From a virus (taxonomy: Duplodnaviria > Caudoviricetes), in IMG/VR virus record IMGVR_UViG_3300037631_004067, positions 1 through 25,754 of that record: 25,754 nt of DNA; one strand, written 5' to 3'. How positions within the stretch are numbered: position 1 is the first letter of the stretch; every line of letters begins with the position of its first letter. A program made the position numbers and the translations under genes. This document shows, piece after piece, positions 24,772 to 25,754 of the stretch. The notes under the pieces were generated by a model. The model worked only from the letters and a program-made list of their open reading frames with translations, did no database searches and was not told where the DNA came from.

Positions 24772-25131
24772 ATGACAAACGGAGAGAACCCTAAGCGAGC
24801 ATTTGAAGGCAAAGTGTGCGACCATGACGGCGCAGACCCGTCCCTTTGGTGGGACGGTCAATTGTTTGAGGTATCAGGCGAATGCGACACCTGCGGCGGC
24901 GAAGTCGAAGGCACGCACGCACGAAGCGGCGAGGCTATCATTCTGCGCTGGATTGACTGCGCAGAAATCTGCAACGAATGCGAAGAGACAGAAGAGAATT
25001 GCGACTGTCGAGCGTGTGAAGCCTGCGGAGCATTGGCCGACGAAGATTTATGCTCGGACTGCGACCACGACGCGAGCGCAGACGATTGCGAATGCGACAC
25101 CTGCACGGACGAGGAGGCGAGCGCATGGTGA
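24772..25131 (+). CDS. Highly acidic Cys-rich protein (119 aa)
   Basis: CTTAAG box at ~24728 and AGGAG SD; C-half dense in CxxC/CxC and Asp/Glu. Confidence 0.65.
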   Translation: MTNGENPKRAFEGKVCDHDGADPSLWWDGQLFEVSGECDTCGGEVEGTHARSGEAIILRWIDCAEICNECEETEENCDCRACEACGALADEDLCSDCDHDASADDCECDTCTDEEASAW

Positions 25132-25754
25132 ACACCTTCTTCACTGATGAATGCCCTCAACAGGCGGCGCTCAACCTATGCGACAAACACCTGCGCAGTC
25201 AAGCCAAAGAGCAGGTTCAAATCATCGTTCAAGCGTTGCTCAATCGAGGCGCACCGCCGGAGGCTATGCCTCTCACCGCCAAGGGAACGCCGCACAAAGG
25301 CGGCTATCCCCATCACCCCGTCGTCCTGTGGACGCAGGAATGCACCTCTAACTTCTTTTGGGCGTTCAGCCACGCAGAAAAAATCTGCGCAGAATATGAA
25401 CGAGTCTTTGGGAAGGCACACGCCAGCGCCGCACAATTAAAGGCGCTTTGGTCGAGTATTGCGTTCTCGGAGTTTATGCCCGCAGGTCAGCGCACACCGT
25501 TCCCCCGTGCGCTCAATCAGTCGAAGGGACTCAACCTTGACCTGTTGAGCGATAACTTCACCAGCGTTGGCGCATACCGTGCGTTTTACAATCGAGATAA
25601 GGCACGCTTCGCTGAATGGACGAAGCGCACGCCGCCTTCTTGGTTCGTGCCTTCGTGCGCATGGTGTGAGGAAGAATTGCCCTATCATTCAATCGTCAAT
25701 GCGCCGAAGAGATTCAAGAACGAGCGCATCTGTCGTTCATGCTTTGATTATTCC
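25125..25754 (+). CDS. Pyrimidine-dimer DNA glycosylase/DenV-superfamily-like protein with C-terminal Zn finger (3' end outside the window)
   Basis: Not in the ORF track because it is open to the end. Translates as MVNTFFTDECPQQAALNLCDKHL...EQVQI...YPHHPVVLW...NFFW...EYERVFGKAH...TPFPRA...AYRAFYNRDKARFAEW.KRTPPSW, then CAWC...ICRSCF. GGAGG SD. Confidence 0.75.
   Translation, partial: MVNTFFTDECPQQAALNLCDKHLRSQAKEQVQIIVQALLNRGAPPEAMPLTAKGTPHKGGYPHHPVVLWTQECTSNFFWAFSHAEKICAEYERVFGKAHASAAQLKALWSSIAFSEFMPAGQRTPFPRALNQSKGLNLDLLSDNFTSVGAYRAFYNRDKARFAEWTKRTPPSWFVPSCAWCEEELPYHSIVNAPKRFKNERICRSCFDYS

Noticed and set aside
1-25754. tRNA/rRNA genes, integrase/att sites, transposase, reverse transcriptase or DGR template repeat
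   Set aside because: I saw no cloverleaf/T-loop signatures, catalytic motifs or long adenine-variable repeat pairs. A tRNAscan/Infernal run would be needed to exclude small RNAs fully.

Overview
The window reads as part of a tailed dsDNA virus genome (Caudoviricetes, HK97-type head module). The host is most likely an archaeon, because genes use GAGGTGA/GGAG Shine-Dalgarno sites and TTTATA/TTGATA boxes about 25 nt upstream of starts. A marine Thermoplasmatota (Poseidoniales, 'magrovirus'-like) host is plausible but cannot be shown from the sequence. The left half (1-13475, visibly lower GC) has a minus-strand morphogenesis operon: portal, two small membrane proteins, a multidomain prohead protease/scaffold, decoration protein, major capsid protein, adaptor-like proteins and a large fibre. 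It is transcribed divergently from a metallophosphoesterase and terminase large subunit. GC rises abruptly after the terminase. A ~1.1 kb non-coding array follows, with about 17 partly helically phased copies of a bipartite motif (A/T)(A/T)(A/C/T)CG-N4-ACTGCG. The motif continues through an unusual membrane-anchored, Zn-finger MoxR/CobS-type AAA+ ATPase gene and its VWA-like partner and stops near 18.4 kb. From 18.6 kb there is a plus-strand run of small, mostly Cys-rich early-type genes (HNH, DUF3846-like, pyrimidine-dimer glycosylase-like) saturated with the palindrome TGCGCA. The best candidate for an undescribed system is the motif array + back-to-back promoters + AAA/VWA cassette (13.5-18.6 kb). 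All counts were made by eye and family calls come from motif recognition, not database searches.
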